Source: Trichomonas gallinae
Lineage: Eukaryota
Length of the DNA: 48,594 nucleotides
NCBI GenBank assembly: GCA_008369845.1
Contig: MRSU01005896.1
Location: 1 to 48,594 of the forward strand
Direction of reading: 5' to 3'
This document shows, in pieces, positions 14,201-21,135 of this stretch; the first letter of the stretch is position 1; every line of letters starts with the position of its first letter. Under the pieces are notes generated by a model. It worked only from the letters and a program-made list of their open reading frames with translations. It searched no databases and was not told where the DNA came from. Made by a program: the position numbers and the translations under genes.

Positions 14201-14647
14201 TGCAATATCCATAGATTGGTATAATCTCTTAAGACGTTCAACCTCGATTGCTCTTGGTGTGACGCCTGGTGGAGTAATGAACGGAATTTGGACTTTCGGA
14301 AGAATAGATTGTGATGATGTTCCGTATGGTCCCGGTGGAAGTGGCTCAGCTGGTGGTGGTTCATCAGTTTGCAGAGCAAATCCAGCGCGAGCGTTTTCGT
14401 ATGTCGAAATGTTTGGGAAATTAGTTTCCTCTGGTATTGGAATTTCGTTTACTGATTGTTCGACGTTTGGATCTTGTTCTTGTGGTAATGTTGAATTTGA
14501 TGAATTGTAGCTACCTTCAGGCTCAAGCGGTGGAAGACGGCGTGGAGAACGTGCCATTTGTCCACGACGCAATGATGCCTTTGCTGTAGACTCAAAGAGA
14601 TCGGAAAATGTTCCAGGGTTAACCCTTGGATTTCCCGAGCGTCTCAT
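2288..14647 (-). CDS. Axonemal dynein heavy chain, single-headed inner-arm type (DNAH1-like)
   Basis: 4119 aa with four P-loops (GPAGTGKT, GPTGAGKT, GPTGTAKS, GVGGSGRQS), CFDEFNRI, FITMNPGYAGRTELPDNLKALFRP, a stalk coiled coil and C-terminal WIKRGVA. Short tail, and WVPRLRLLFVAEDPRVFADRI resembles the DNAH1 N-terminus as I recall it. Confidence 0.97.
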   Translation of the reverse strand: MRRSGNPRVNPGTFSDLFESTAKASLRRGQMARSPRRLPPLEPEGSYNSSNSTLPQEQDPNVEQSVNEIPIPEETNFPNISTYENARAGFALQTDEPPPAEPLPPGPYGTSSQSILPKVQIPFITPPGVTPRAIEVERLKRLYQSMDIAQLLSDRGINYAQEIMFVPNESTFKPIFQLWSFDDDSFDCRTVENYLEIGKDENGKQAGIPCHVFTSNGLKWADAIAWEYDYDKHLWRVTFPNHEQDEEWVPRLRLLFVAEDPRVFADRIANAVNERRRAESWIRFRFYVENMSNRAMPNIPEDAVKAITKMIPSPRIKIELPIEKFMEEAQINYKYAFNVHSFMSQMKNDPLYARTLGLFDLSKEEEPKPKQYQTTSEFQKHREQFAFHSLYTKDCIFTALMKTRASCLDVANTELLVLRSNKSFHLEEFQQTQAQIITKTKRFLTEDWVPQLGRELRAALSNVSKGWFNLEETDREVYNMSKFSNFMVLVSCMMIDAARTCVLNNFQRFDDFIQDLSPINVDVKTPTDVVGNYNKESTGAMIMPLFEIDMTIENNNEICYGIDPKLFRTACVQIFSSIVDSVRSIPIIEPRVLPDMFRNVNLTLSTINDDEKELVDHRERVVKRINEAIDYLQKYLDTYQPYVEFIQLDTNKYAEQLSTDQPTLDQCRDIIKQQQKDIEEIYVNVPKREIVGIFAVNVTTVRAYLIQKHHKLIKIVLDYVSKTAKGLFKKFREEYRVIDSKITSPPTKIEELDAQRKYIETVPGLTEKLHARVMDAMRYYDFIDEYYHPISQDDFELKWECFGHSRHCAFLIEKSKGILEGFFLKFEQDLESAQEKFEGDLDKLSREVSEVSKYSDVNNSEQYATEIRRIAKAIEGAEANVKTFNSRQTIFGKEQTDYTRVADLRRTFDPFSVLWLAVDQWIKLRNSIKEKPIIQLNAEQITKDLQTIYQSLHKSTKNFRNGPTSVLQIATELKQECNEMKDHIPLLTALLNPGMKQRHWQKLSEEIGFEFALDDEITLNDALELKLEDKIDIVSEVVGVASKEYSIETALQKMYGEWEEVVLDISPYKDTGTYVLKGSDDIIQKLDDDMVMTNTMEFSPYKKPFEERLNRWEATLKLITYVIEEWLECQRSWLALEPIFSSPDIRKQLPTESERFSTVDKTWRKILDNAYRTPQALKFCPSDKLLEDFKHNNKLLGHVQRGLNDYLESKRVAFPRFYFLSNDELLSILSQTKDPTAVQKHLRRCFENIGSLTFEKDLKMTEMNSCENEKVPFIRGIYPEGNVEHWLLEIESLMRETLRDIMKKAVEQYPKIPRTEWVLNWPSQVVLAGAMIYWTKHVEEAIKRHQVKELLDALNVQMIELTKLVRVTTDFLALRTLSCLIVLDVHAHDVVEKLVEVGVDSIDAFEWMSQLRYYWENDTVLIRMMTYEVEYGYEYLGNTSRLVITPLTDRCYLTLTSALQMNMGGAPQGPAGTGKTETTKDLAKAVAFQCVVYNCSETVDYLQMGVFLTGLASCGAWACFDEFNRIYVEVLSVIAQQITTIQNAIQANLKVFRFENRDVKLSPRCAVFITMNPGYAGRTELPDNLKALFRPVAMMVPDYRMIAEIKLYSFGFTEARPLSEKIVATFRLSSEQLSSQRHYDFGMRAVNTVIQTAGNLRRLQPDMPEALIVLRAIKDVNVPKFLVNDLVLFNDIISDLFPGVKERTLDYTQLIDAINTCAKKMKLQVNDLFITKIRQLHETFAVRWGVMLVGPTGAGKTQVFKTLAAACTMLNPTNPTFKKTHYHILNPKSITMGQLFGEFDMTTHEWTNGVLSEIIKQCSEDETPDNQWIVLDGPVDALWIENMNTVLDDNKKLCLSSSAVINFTDRMMMLFEVEDLAVASPATVSRCGMVFMQPNPDMKYLLESWIENQHPGLQKALMEVLSPLYDKYLVPALKFVRDRLKEPIKTTNSNLIQSLLRLFRAMIQPYYSPDPIDPIKDDTLANITKWAPHFFWFSLIWSLGCTTDTDGRIMFDGFIRQQLRTTDISFPSEGLVYDYKFNTTNDQWENWMLGQPPYHISPGTSFNEIVVPTIDNVRHTFLIQTLLAAGYNFFCTGPTGTAKSVTINRYMMSSLSPDTFMPIFISFSAQTNANQTQDIIDAKFERRLKGVYGPLDRKRAIIFFDDVNMPAKEVYGAQPPIELLRQWLDHGGWYDRKALEFHKLVDSQMICACGHPGGGRQHLTARFTRQFNLFNFPELQDESLQMIFKTMLDSYLTIFDRSIQAVAISIADATISIYNSVRRTMLPIPSKSHYTFNLRDVSKVIQGVMSLHKAHIDTDKDIIAVWAHECTRVFADRLVDKIDLDAFGELLNKELSGRFKVSMDDLKKTKNLLYCDFFEETNEQKPYVQVTDEKKLETILNNAMADYDEVSTKKLGLVLFPDAIEHIIRISRIIRQPSGHALLLGVGGSGRQSLTRLACHLSEYTIIQPEITKTYGTAEWLADIRTVMKSAGYEEKPTVFLVSDAQIVKESFLEDLNNLLNSGDVPNIFPPEDIEEIIEKIRPIAQQKDIQLSKPSIYNLFIQRVKSALHIVIALSPIGEAFRRRLRMFPSLVTCTSIDWFSDWSKDALYSVAQEFFADTFPNEKLQSVCSNFCVTAHTSVVEMSKELFQHEKRHNYVTPTSFLDFVQLVNRIQTEKMKEISKIKQSMETGLSALQVANASVKDLQEKIIALQPTLDQLIKDADASKVEIAAEEEKTNEVRAKVEAEAKVAEAKKAETQELKDAAEKDLAEIMPVLEKAQEGVKGLSSKAISTVRSYTNPPPAVRDVMKGVCILLRQHVITEPGKLPGEVVENWWGTSQKVLADPRFRNRLEKFTEEEKDNIPDSVIQKLLPLYKSENWSPEKAGACGEATLSLFNWVVAMGQYHDARKAVLPKEEALKQAQAQLDIAQKALDESMAKLRAAEEKIAKLRDDFQQVVSKKDDLLQQQEECKSKLSRAETLINNLSGEKGRWEATLNSVIEQEKNLTGDVLVAAAGVAYSGPFPSEYRARLIRTWVDFLSKNNITSSPGTSIIQTLQDPVEVLKWNLSGLPRDNMSLENTIIMSKSRRYSLCIDPQGQANRFIRNLNKDNQMEIVKLTDDNLVRSIENSIRFGRPLLIENVPEELDPILDPVLQNQVYKQSGADVIKIGDTVIPYNRGFRLYITTQLPNPHFSPELSAKVCLLDFTCTPSGLEEQLLALVVAKERPELEEMKNNLVIQNSKNQKKLLEIRAKMLDCLEKTEPSKLLDDIEIITTLTESNTMSQTIQQQVKEAEETERTIDTSRQTYRQVAFRGSLLFFCISTLFYVDPMYQYSLAWYISFFSLCIDQTPASDVLETRLSLLIDTSTKNFYNNICRSLFERHKRMFAFLLCYRIMQGANEIDSRELRFLIAGPIRQIEEGENPAPKWLTSKAWYEVKSLDTLPNFKGFRQSFCQDIDIWKTIFDSPDASRCKFPGEWEVKLTLFQRLLVLRVLRPDSMGNAIQDLIQKRLGDAFLESPQFDINSSFDDSTVTAPLIFVLSVGADPASDLVKFAEKKNFSKKLSSMSLGQGQGKYAEQRLTEAMDRGHWLLLQNCHLAVSWLPRLEILIEKIKPEEVNRDFRLWLTSMPSADFPVSILQRGIKMTNEPPKGIKQNLLRSMMQYDDKSLNDCAKPFEYHKLIYSLCFFHALTLERRKYGPLGFNQIYDWTTGDLEISQKQLKMFLDLYDQVSYKVLTYLTGEINYGGRVTDDWDRRTLLSILGDFYNPEVMSDTYKFTENPRYVSLPEQSHKMYIASIREYPINDSPDIFGLHANAEVSYQQSETYTMFNNLLLLQARTGGGGSGQTREEVINGLATDLLREVPEPFDITAIQQKYPIKYEDSMNTVLVQQCEMYNKLIVICKQSLRDIINALKGIVVMSGELEAMGDSMFDNHVPVMWSDQGYPSTKPLSGWMQDLKKRVKFLADWVERGPPTVFWISGFFMQQSFLTGIKQNCARKNQIGVDTISFGFEVMDTENPPPRKDEGVYITGLFIEGASWDPVKKVLADPRPKELFQAMPPIVLKPIGNRKKPTTGIYECPVYKVGTRKGTLSTTGHSTNYVLTIELPSDKPQSFWIKRGVAMICSLSY

Positions 14648-14677
14648 AATTTTAAAAAAAAATTTAGTTAACGAATA

Positions 14678-14731
14678 AAACCGTTTTTGTAATCAAAAAG
14701 TGACAATAATTATTGCATCACGAAAAGTGAC
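14678..14731 (-). promoter_or_regulatory. Putative core promoter of the dynein gene: M3-like AACGGTTT plus two AAAGTGAC/GTCACTTT (M2-like) boxes
   Basis: AAACCGTT on + at 14678-14685; AAAGTGAC on + at 14697-14704 and 14724-14731; 30-85 bp upstream of the ATG. They match T. vaginalis core promoter motifs. Confidence 0.55.
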
Positions 14732-15911
14732 ATTTTTGAAAATTTCGTTGATAAAAATTACACGAATTTGATACTTTTTGAAATGCTACCAGCTTAAATC
14801 CATGCTAGCTTCTTATTAATATCTAATACATATTCACGAAATTTACAAAGATATAATTTGATTTCTGATCTGATCATATATTGTAAAAATGTCAATATTT
14901 TATTCGTCTAAACTTTATTCATACATAGCTATTATATATGTGGTTTTAAGTTCATTCTTCATAGATTTGAATTCGAAATTCATTTATTTTTGATTTATGT
15001 CAAAGTCATGATTAATTTTATTATTGTTCTGCGATATTTCACATTTCCTTGTTGTAGGAACTTCATTTTCTATATTATCCCCCGAGAAATATTACACCAT
15101 TTCGAAAAATATGCGTGGTTATATCACCTGGATCTTAATCACTAATGTGGTGAAGATATCTTCATTGGAAACAAGATTTACTGAGTGATTTATAAGTGAA
15201 ATGAGGGTCTTAAAATATTAATTGGGGGATAATTTTACATGTCAAATTGATAACTGGCAAAAGAAATTTTACGTTCGAAAACTTTTTTTTTTTTTACTTC
15301 ATCAACAAGAAACTATCATAATTTTTAAGGATACACTAATTTCATTGTATAGAAGAGGATATTATCGATAGCGCGATTTATCATTTTGATGGTCATATTA
15401 AAATATTGCCAGATGAAAAAGTTGCTTAGATAAAGTTGATTATCTATATTTTAAAATATTTCGAAAATCTTCTCAGCTCACAAAAATCATTTGAAAAGAA
15501 AATTCAAAAAAAATTTGACAACTCAAATTGATCAACAAGAAACTTAATATTGATTCCCATCAAAATTTACTAATAATACCAAAATAACGGGTTTTATGAT
15601 AGTCCACAAAGTTTGATCTATACATATATCTAAATACATATCTCCTAATTCATTTTCTTTTCAATACTATTCAATTTTGGATTTTTCTTTAAAAAAACAA
15701 TGAATTTTTTACGTGATTGTAGTTAATTTAATGGTTATTTAGGTCAAAATGTATTATTTTTACCGACTTTTTTATTTTTGTTTATTTTTTGCTGTCGTTG
15801 GAAAAAAATTAGCGTAATTATTAATAATATGCTATATTATAAATATTTCTTTCACCTGTCATTTAAATTGAGAAAATATCAAAATTGAATGTTTTCAAAT
15901 AAATTTTGTCC

Positions 15912-18005
15912 ATGTTTGCTCTTTTATTAAGCAATGTCTTTGCTGCTACCATCAAAATTGATCCCGATGCACAAGGCATTCACAAAGAAGCTTTATTTGG
16001 TATCAAATATACCAATGAAAAATTGATCACGACTGATCTTACTTATGAAAATAGAGGTGTTTTCTTTGCGTTCAGGCTTTATGATGAGAATGGCACCGCA
16101 GGACCCGTTCAACTCGTAAACAGCAAAAGATTTGACTATAAAATCACCGATAATGACGAAACATTGAGTTTTGTATTTACATCTACACCTCCTATTCGTA
16201 TGTTTGATAATAACTACGTAGCAACTATGCAAGTTTCTTACCAAGGCTTCTATGAAAGGAAGATCGATCTTGGCTATTTTATCGATTGCAATTTCCAAGA
16301 AAATATCGATAATGGTGCAATCACAAAGATTGATGATGATCAAGACTATAACAGAGGTTTACGCGTTAATTCAACAGGCAAGTATATCTACTCATTGATT
16401 CTAAATAATACCAATTATGAGCCATACCCAAACTCAGTATATGTCGGTGATTTCAGCAATACAAAGAATGCCCAGCCATCCTTCTATCCATTTTTCAAGA
16501 ACGAGGTTTCTAAAAGAACTTCGCATAATTCCGTCATTGCATTTTCATGGACAAATGTAACCCTTATCCCAGCTAATAGGTTATATCAATTCAAATTTGC
16601 CCTGGCTCCATCAGCAAATGTCGATACAAAACCAATTATTATTGATAGAACTGAATACAAGAAGCCAGAAGATTACAAGGCTGGAGATGTAATCGATTTC
16701 AATTTTGAAGTTATAGGCTATGATTTATCTGATACATTGACTATGAGCTTCGATGCGATTGGATTAGACGATTCAAATGAATATTACTCACCAAAAAGCC
16801 AATTCACACCAACAGCTGGTCAATTGTCATTTAAATTACCAGCTTACCAATACACTCTCACAAATGCTGGTTTCGAATATACCTTAACGGTTAAAGATAA
16901 ATCATTCCAGAATACCAAAGTTACCGGTGAGATCTATCCTAATTTAGGTGGTTCATTACAATTAACTGTTGGTCCAAAGAAAGAATACTACGCTAGAGAT
17001 AATATCCCTGTTTCTGGCCAAGCTACCATTCCATTTAAAGGAGATGTCAAATACCGAATCAGTAATGGTCCAGAAATGTCTTTGACAGGCAACTCTGGTA
17101 CATTCTCTTTCAATGAAAATATCTCTATTCCAGCATCTCTTAGGAGGAGACAAAACTACACAGTTTACTTCTGGATTGAATATGGCCAACTAAAAACCGC
17201 TCAACAGGAATTCACATTCTATCTTAGAGACCAAGAAAGCCCAGAGTTCATCTCTTTAGCCTCATCCGATTATGCATACATCAAAGGCAAGACCGAGATT
17301 ATCATCATCGGCGAAGCTCATGACCAGGAAGAGAACCAGCTTTTGGCGATCTACCACAAACTTGACAAGCTTGAGAAGAACAGGAAACAGCTTGGTAAGC
17401 TCACAAACCTTCCAATTCTCAGGCCATTCGCATTCTATCTTGAAATGCCTGATGATATCACTGCAGGCATCCACAACATCGAATTCGATATCGAAGATGA
17501 CACACAACTCAAAGGCAAGACAAACCGCACAGTTGCGATCCGTGTTTGTAATGCAGGCGAGGTCTGCTACGAGCCAGGTGAAGAGCCACCTATCACACCA
17601 AGCTCCAGCTCATCCAAGTCATCTGAATCTAATGGACCAGGAAATCAAGAAGATAAAAATCCAGACGATAAATACAAGTCTAAGATGCCAATCGTTTGGG
17701 TCCTCACAGTCTTCAACCTTATGGCCGTCATTGTCCTCCTTGTCATCGGTGTCTTCTACATCCGCAAGCGCATGAACACATACGATGAGTTCAAGGATGA
17801 CACGACAACAGAAGGTGATGAAGAGATCAGTGAATCTTGCATCACTCCAGCACCAGGTTCTGTCTCTCAGACAGTCGATAACCCACTGTTCTCAACAGGT
17901 ATACCACAGAGCGACGACGTCTTCGCAACAGACTACCACGAAGAAACAACGGTTGACGTCTTCAAGTTCAACAACGATGAAGAAGATCCAGATTTGGGTA
18001 TTTAA
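15912..18005 (+). CDS. Type I single-pass surface protein with beta-rich (Ig/Bap-like) ectodomain
   Basis: First ATG 15912 gives short signal MFALLLSNVFA, then a beta-rich ectodomain, a P/S-rich stalk, TM IVWVLTVFNLMAVIVLLVIGVFYI, RKR stop-transfer, and an acidic tail with DNPLF. The Ig/Bap fold is an inference. Confidence 0.8.
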   Translation: MFALLLSNVFAATIKIDPDAQGIHKEALFGIKYTNEKLITTDLTYENRGVFFAFRLYDENGTAGPVQLVNSKRFDYKITDNDETLSFVFTSTPPIRMFDNNYVATMQVSYQGFYERKIDLGYFIDCNFQENIDNGAITKIDDDQDYNRGLRVNSTGKYIYSLILNNTNYEPYPNSVYVGDFSNTKNAQPSFYPFFKNEVSKRTSHNSVIAFSWTNVTLIPANRLYQFKFALAPSANVDTKPIIIDRTEYKKPEDYKAGDVIDFNFEVIGYDLSDTLTMSFDAIGLDDSNEYYSPKSQFTPTAGQLSFKLPAYQYTLTNAGFEYTLTVKDKSFQNTKVTGEIYPNLGGSLQLTVGPKKEYYARDNIPVSGQATIPFKGDVKYRISNGPEMSLTGNSGTFSFNENISIPASLRRRQNYTVYFWIEYGQLKTAQQEFTFYLRDQESPEFISLASSDYAYIKGKTEIIIIGEAHDQEENQLLAIYHKLDKLEKNRKQLGKLTNLPILRPFAFYLEMPDDITAGIHNIEFDIEDDTQLKGKTNRTVAIRVCNAGEVCYEPGEEPPITPSSSSSKSSESNGPGNQEDKNPDDKYKSKMPIVWVLTVFNLMAVIVLLVIGVFYIRKRMNTYDEFKDDTTTEGDEEISESCITPAPGSVSQTVDNPLFSTGIPQSDDVFATDYHEETTVDVFKFNNDEEDPDLGI

Positions 18006-18424
18006 ATATTTTTTTCGGATTTAGTTTTTTTTTTTTTTTTCCTATATCTCGCATCAGTCTTTGTTTGTTCTAATGAAATATATAAAGTCTTGTAATAGCC
18101 CTCAAATTCGATTAATAAATAAATAATGATAAACACCAATGATGTTCTAACACCTTTGATGGTGGCTCTATAGAAAGTGAAGGAAAAAGTATTCTCTTTT
18201 AAACACTCTAGCATGAAAAAGTCAAGTGAAAATCCATGTTAGCGAAGTATAGTAAATTTCTCATCAGCGCATAAAAATTTGATTTTATTGTGATAAAGCC
18301 TTCGAATTTTACCGAAGATGTATTTGAAAAAGTGAAACTATATAGATTTACTACATCCTCAGGTAAAAATTACCAAAAATAGAGAAAGATGATTTGGCAC
18401 TTTTTGTTCGTTTGTAAACAAAAA

Positions 18425-20002
18425 ATGCAGAAAGAGGAAGAGAAGCCAAGCATCGCTGAGACATTCGAAGCGGAGCTTGCTAGCATCAAAGAGAAAGGCA
18501 AAGACCTTAAGGGAACCGAGCGTGATTTCTACACGTCCATTGTCCAACGTTTAGAAAATAACGACCAAGTATTACAAGATCTTCGCAAGGAGCATACCCA
18601 GCTTCGTGCTAAATTGGGTGAACTTACGAAAGAGAAGGCTTCTCGCACGAGAGATCCAGATCTTCACGCAGACATCAAGAGAACAACGCACGCAGTCAAT
18701 TTCCTTAAGAAGCAAATTGATAAGTTCAAGCACCAAAAGCAGGAGGCCATCAACCGCCATGCAGAACTGCTTGTTCAATATCAGAACTTAACTGCAAACA
18801 AAGGACCAGCAGATACAACACAGGAGCGACTTGTTTCCCTCAAGAACAAACTCGATAACGCTGAAATCAAGAACCAGGAGACGATTCATCTCATGAAGGT
18901 TTATGATTCAATCGTTTACCAACTCCAGCGCCAGAAAATGCACTGGAATCGCCTCATTGAAGAGCAAAAGAAGGAGATTGAACAGAAAAAGCGCGATTTG
19001 GCCGATTTGGAATTAATTGCAAGAGATTCAATTCACAGCAAGAATGCGGCTGAAATGGAGTACTCCCGCCTTCAGACCAAGTATGCCGCTAACCGCGAGC
19101 GCCGCAATCTGCTCATACAGGCTAAAACATCACAAGTCCAGCAACACATGCACGTACCGATCAGTGAGGACAGCGGCAATGACAGCCGTCCAAAGGGCAA
19201 CCAATCACTGAACTCCCAGCCTTCTGCAGTCCGTAATCGCAATAATCGTGCTCAGCGTGAGAAGAAAGACGAAAAATTCCGCAGTGTTCAAGCCAAATAC
19301 GACGAGATCCGCGAATATTTCGGTACAAACGATCCAGAAGAAATCAAGAAATTCTTCGAAGATCGCCGCAAGAACGCGGAAACGCTCAAGAAGCAGATCG
19401 AAGACCTCAAGGAAGTCAACACCCAGCTGGAGAAGCAAGTAGCACAGCGCAGGGCCGCTCTCGACGAAGCCGAGTATACATCTCACAAAGGCGTCGGCTC
19501 CAACCGTCTTCTCAACGAGGCGAAGAAGATGCTCATCAAGGGCAAGGAGGATCTCATCGAGAAACAGCGCGAAACAGACGCGCAACAGGATTTCAAGGAA
19601 AGCGTCGAAGGGGCAATTTACCACCTCGCAGACGAGATGCAGCTGGTCCAGAAGGAGCCGCTCAAGCCTAACACGACATCAGAGTGCTTAGACTGGATCA
19701 CGAACACACTCAAGACAGTCAAAACGAACCTCGAGGACGAAGACTTCGACTTTATGACGATCTGCAATGCGCAAGTCGTTGCACAAAAGATTCAGTCGGA
19801 GAACAACTTCGATATCAGAGAGACAGAGTCCTCCAAGCGCCAGCAGAAGGCCAGGCCAGGAGAAATGCTCAGAGGCCGTCAGCAGAAAGTCGACAAAGGC
19901 GAATTTGTCAGTCGTGTCATGGATCGCAACGCAATCAAGGCTCTCGCTCAACGCACTGCTGCTGCGGCTGAAGCTGCTGCAAAATCCAAGCAGAAACAGT
20001 AA
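18425..20002 (+). CDS. Coiled-coil protein, probable outer dynein arm docking complex subunit (ODAD3/CCDC151/DC1-like)
   Basis: Continuous heptads. LKNKLDNAEIKNQETIHLMKVYDSIVYQL...KKRDLADLELIARDSIHSKNAAEMEY resembles the conserved CCDC151 core. Start 18425 preferred over 18389 because the intervening codons look like AT-rich leader. Confidence 0.65.
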   Translation: MQKEEEKPSIAETFEAELASIKEKGKDLKGTERDFYTSIVQRLENNDQVLQDLRKEHTQLRAKLGELTKEKASRTRDPDLHADIKRTTHAVNFLKKQIDKFKHQKQEAINRHAELLVQYQNLTANKGPADTTQERLVSLKNKLDNAEIKNQETIHLMKVYDSIVYQLQRQKMHWNRLIEEQKKEIEQKKRDLADLELIARDSIHSKNAAEMEYSRLQTKYAANRERRNLLIQAKTSQVQQHMHVPISEDSGNDSRPKGNQSLNSQPSAVRNRNNRAQREKKDEKFRSVQAKYDEIREYFGTNDPEEIKKFFEDRRKNAETLKKQIEDLKEVNTQLEKQVAQRRAALDEAEYTSHKGVGSNRLLNEAKKMLIKGKEDLIEKQRETDAQQDFKESVEGAIYHLADEMQLVQKEPLKPNTTSECLDWITNTLKTVKTNLEDEDFDFMTICNAQVVAQKIQSENNFDIRETESSKRQQKARPGEMLRGRQQKVDKGEFVSRVMDRNAIKALAQRTAAAAEAAAKSKQKQ

Positions 20003-20328
20003 TAATACAAAAAATATATTCAGTTAAAATGTTTTTATAGAATTAATTTACAAAATTATTTTAGTATCTTTCCTGTCATCATTATTAATCATGTTTTAAC
20101 ACTGAATTTAGCCAAAAAACAATAAAATTGTGAATATAAATATCGAATTTATCGCAAAATAGTAATAAAATAGGTCAAATCAAAAAGCTACTAAACCCAA
20201 ATGTATAGATTACTGAGAGAAAATAGGGGATCATGTTGATAAAAAATATAAAAAAAAATATCGAGTAGAAAAAAAGCAGTAATTATGCGGGAAAACATTG
20301 GAATATTTATTTAAAGACAAGTAAATAC

Positions 20329-20505
20329 TTACTCCTCTTCTTCCTCGGACTTGTTCTGGCCGGCCTTAGCATAGCGGGCGTTGCGGAGGAACTTAGCGTT
20401 CATTCCCTTCTCGAACCAGAGTTTCTTGACGACGCACTTGTGGATGCCGTTGCGGTGGTGCTGGTGTGACCTGTTGTGTGCAGATGTGTTTGAGCGCTTT
20501 GCCAT
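20329..20505 (-). CDS. RPL29: 60S ribosomal protein eL29 (58 aa; absent from ORF track)
   Basis: Hand translation: MAKRSNTSAHNRSHQHHRNGIHKCVVKKLWFEKGMNAKFLRNARYAKAGQNKSEEEEE*. Matches the eL29 pattern MAK..N...HN....HRNGI.K.......KG...KFLRN.R.AK. Strong C/G-ending codon bias; pyrimidine-rich TCTTTCTTTTTT leader. Confidence 0.95.
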   Translation of the reverse strand: MAKRSNTSAHNRSHQHHRNGIHKCVVKKLWFEKGMNAKFLRNARYAKAGQNKSEEEEE

Positions 20506-20774
20506 CTCAAAAAAGAAAGACCATGATTAATCGTTTTCCCCTCAATTTGTTATAATTATTTTTAGGCTTTGACATTTACTATATAAATTCTTTATTTATT
20601 AAATAGTCAAAATATAAATGAAAATATGGTGATTGTCCTTGAAATATTTGTAAATTTTAGAATATAAAGTCTAATTTTTTGATTTTTGTTGATAACATGT
20701 GATAAATACCATGTATTTTGATAAATTTAAGAAATTTAGTTTAGTATTTTTTATTGTCACGTTTGTAAAAACAA

Positions 20775-20951
20775 ATGAAAGTCAATATCAGAGTAGATCC
20801 TGACAGAAAGCCGCCCCTTGCGCTTGACTTTGGTATCTGTGAGCTAACGGATGAAGAACGCAATAAAAAACGATCCACTTTAGCGATCAATTTCTGCATA
20901 TTCTTCTCAGTTTCTGCAGTTTGTACAGCTCTTGCCTTCTTTATGCCATAA
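20775..20951 (+). CDS. Small putative tail-anchored membrane protein (58 aa; absent from ORF track)
   Basis: MKVNIRVDPDRKPPLALDFGICELTDEERNKKRSTLAINFCIFFSVSAVCTALAFFMP*. The ORF fills a GC-richer island in AT-rich flanks; TCAC ~17 nt upstream; stop in TAAA; hydrophobic C-terminus. Confidence 0.65.
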   Translation: MKVNIRVDPDRKPPLALDFGICELTDEERNKKRSTLAINFCIFFSVSAVCTALAFFMP

Positions 20952-21135
20952 AAGCCTTGTTTGTATATTAATTACTGATTATTTATATTTTATTTCATTT
21001 TTAAAACAACTTCAAAAGTTGATATTTTATTGATTCTTATATTGTTTATAAAATAATTTAAAAAGTAAATTAAAAAACTTTCAATGTTTAAATTAAATAA
21101 TCCGGATGCGTACTCTTCTACAGAAGGCTGTTGGT

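Noticed and set aside
2368..14510. Dozens of overlapping Ser/Arg-rich ORFs inside the dynein gene (also in enolase and 18425-20002)
   Set aside because: Shadow ORFs produced by strong C-ending codon bias.
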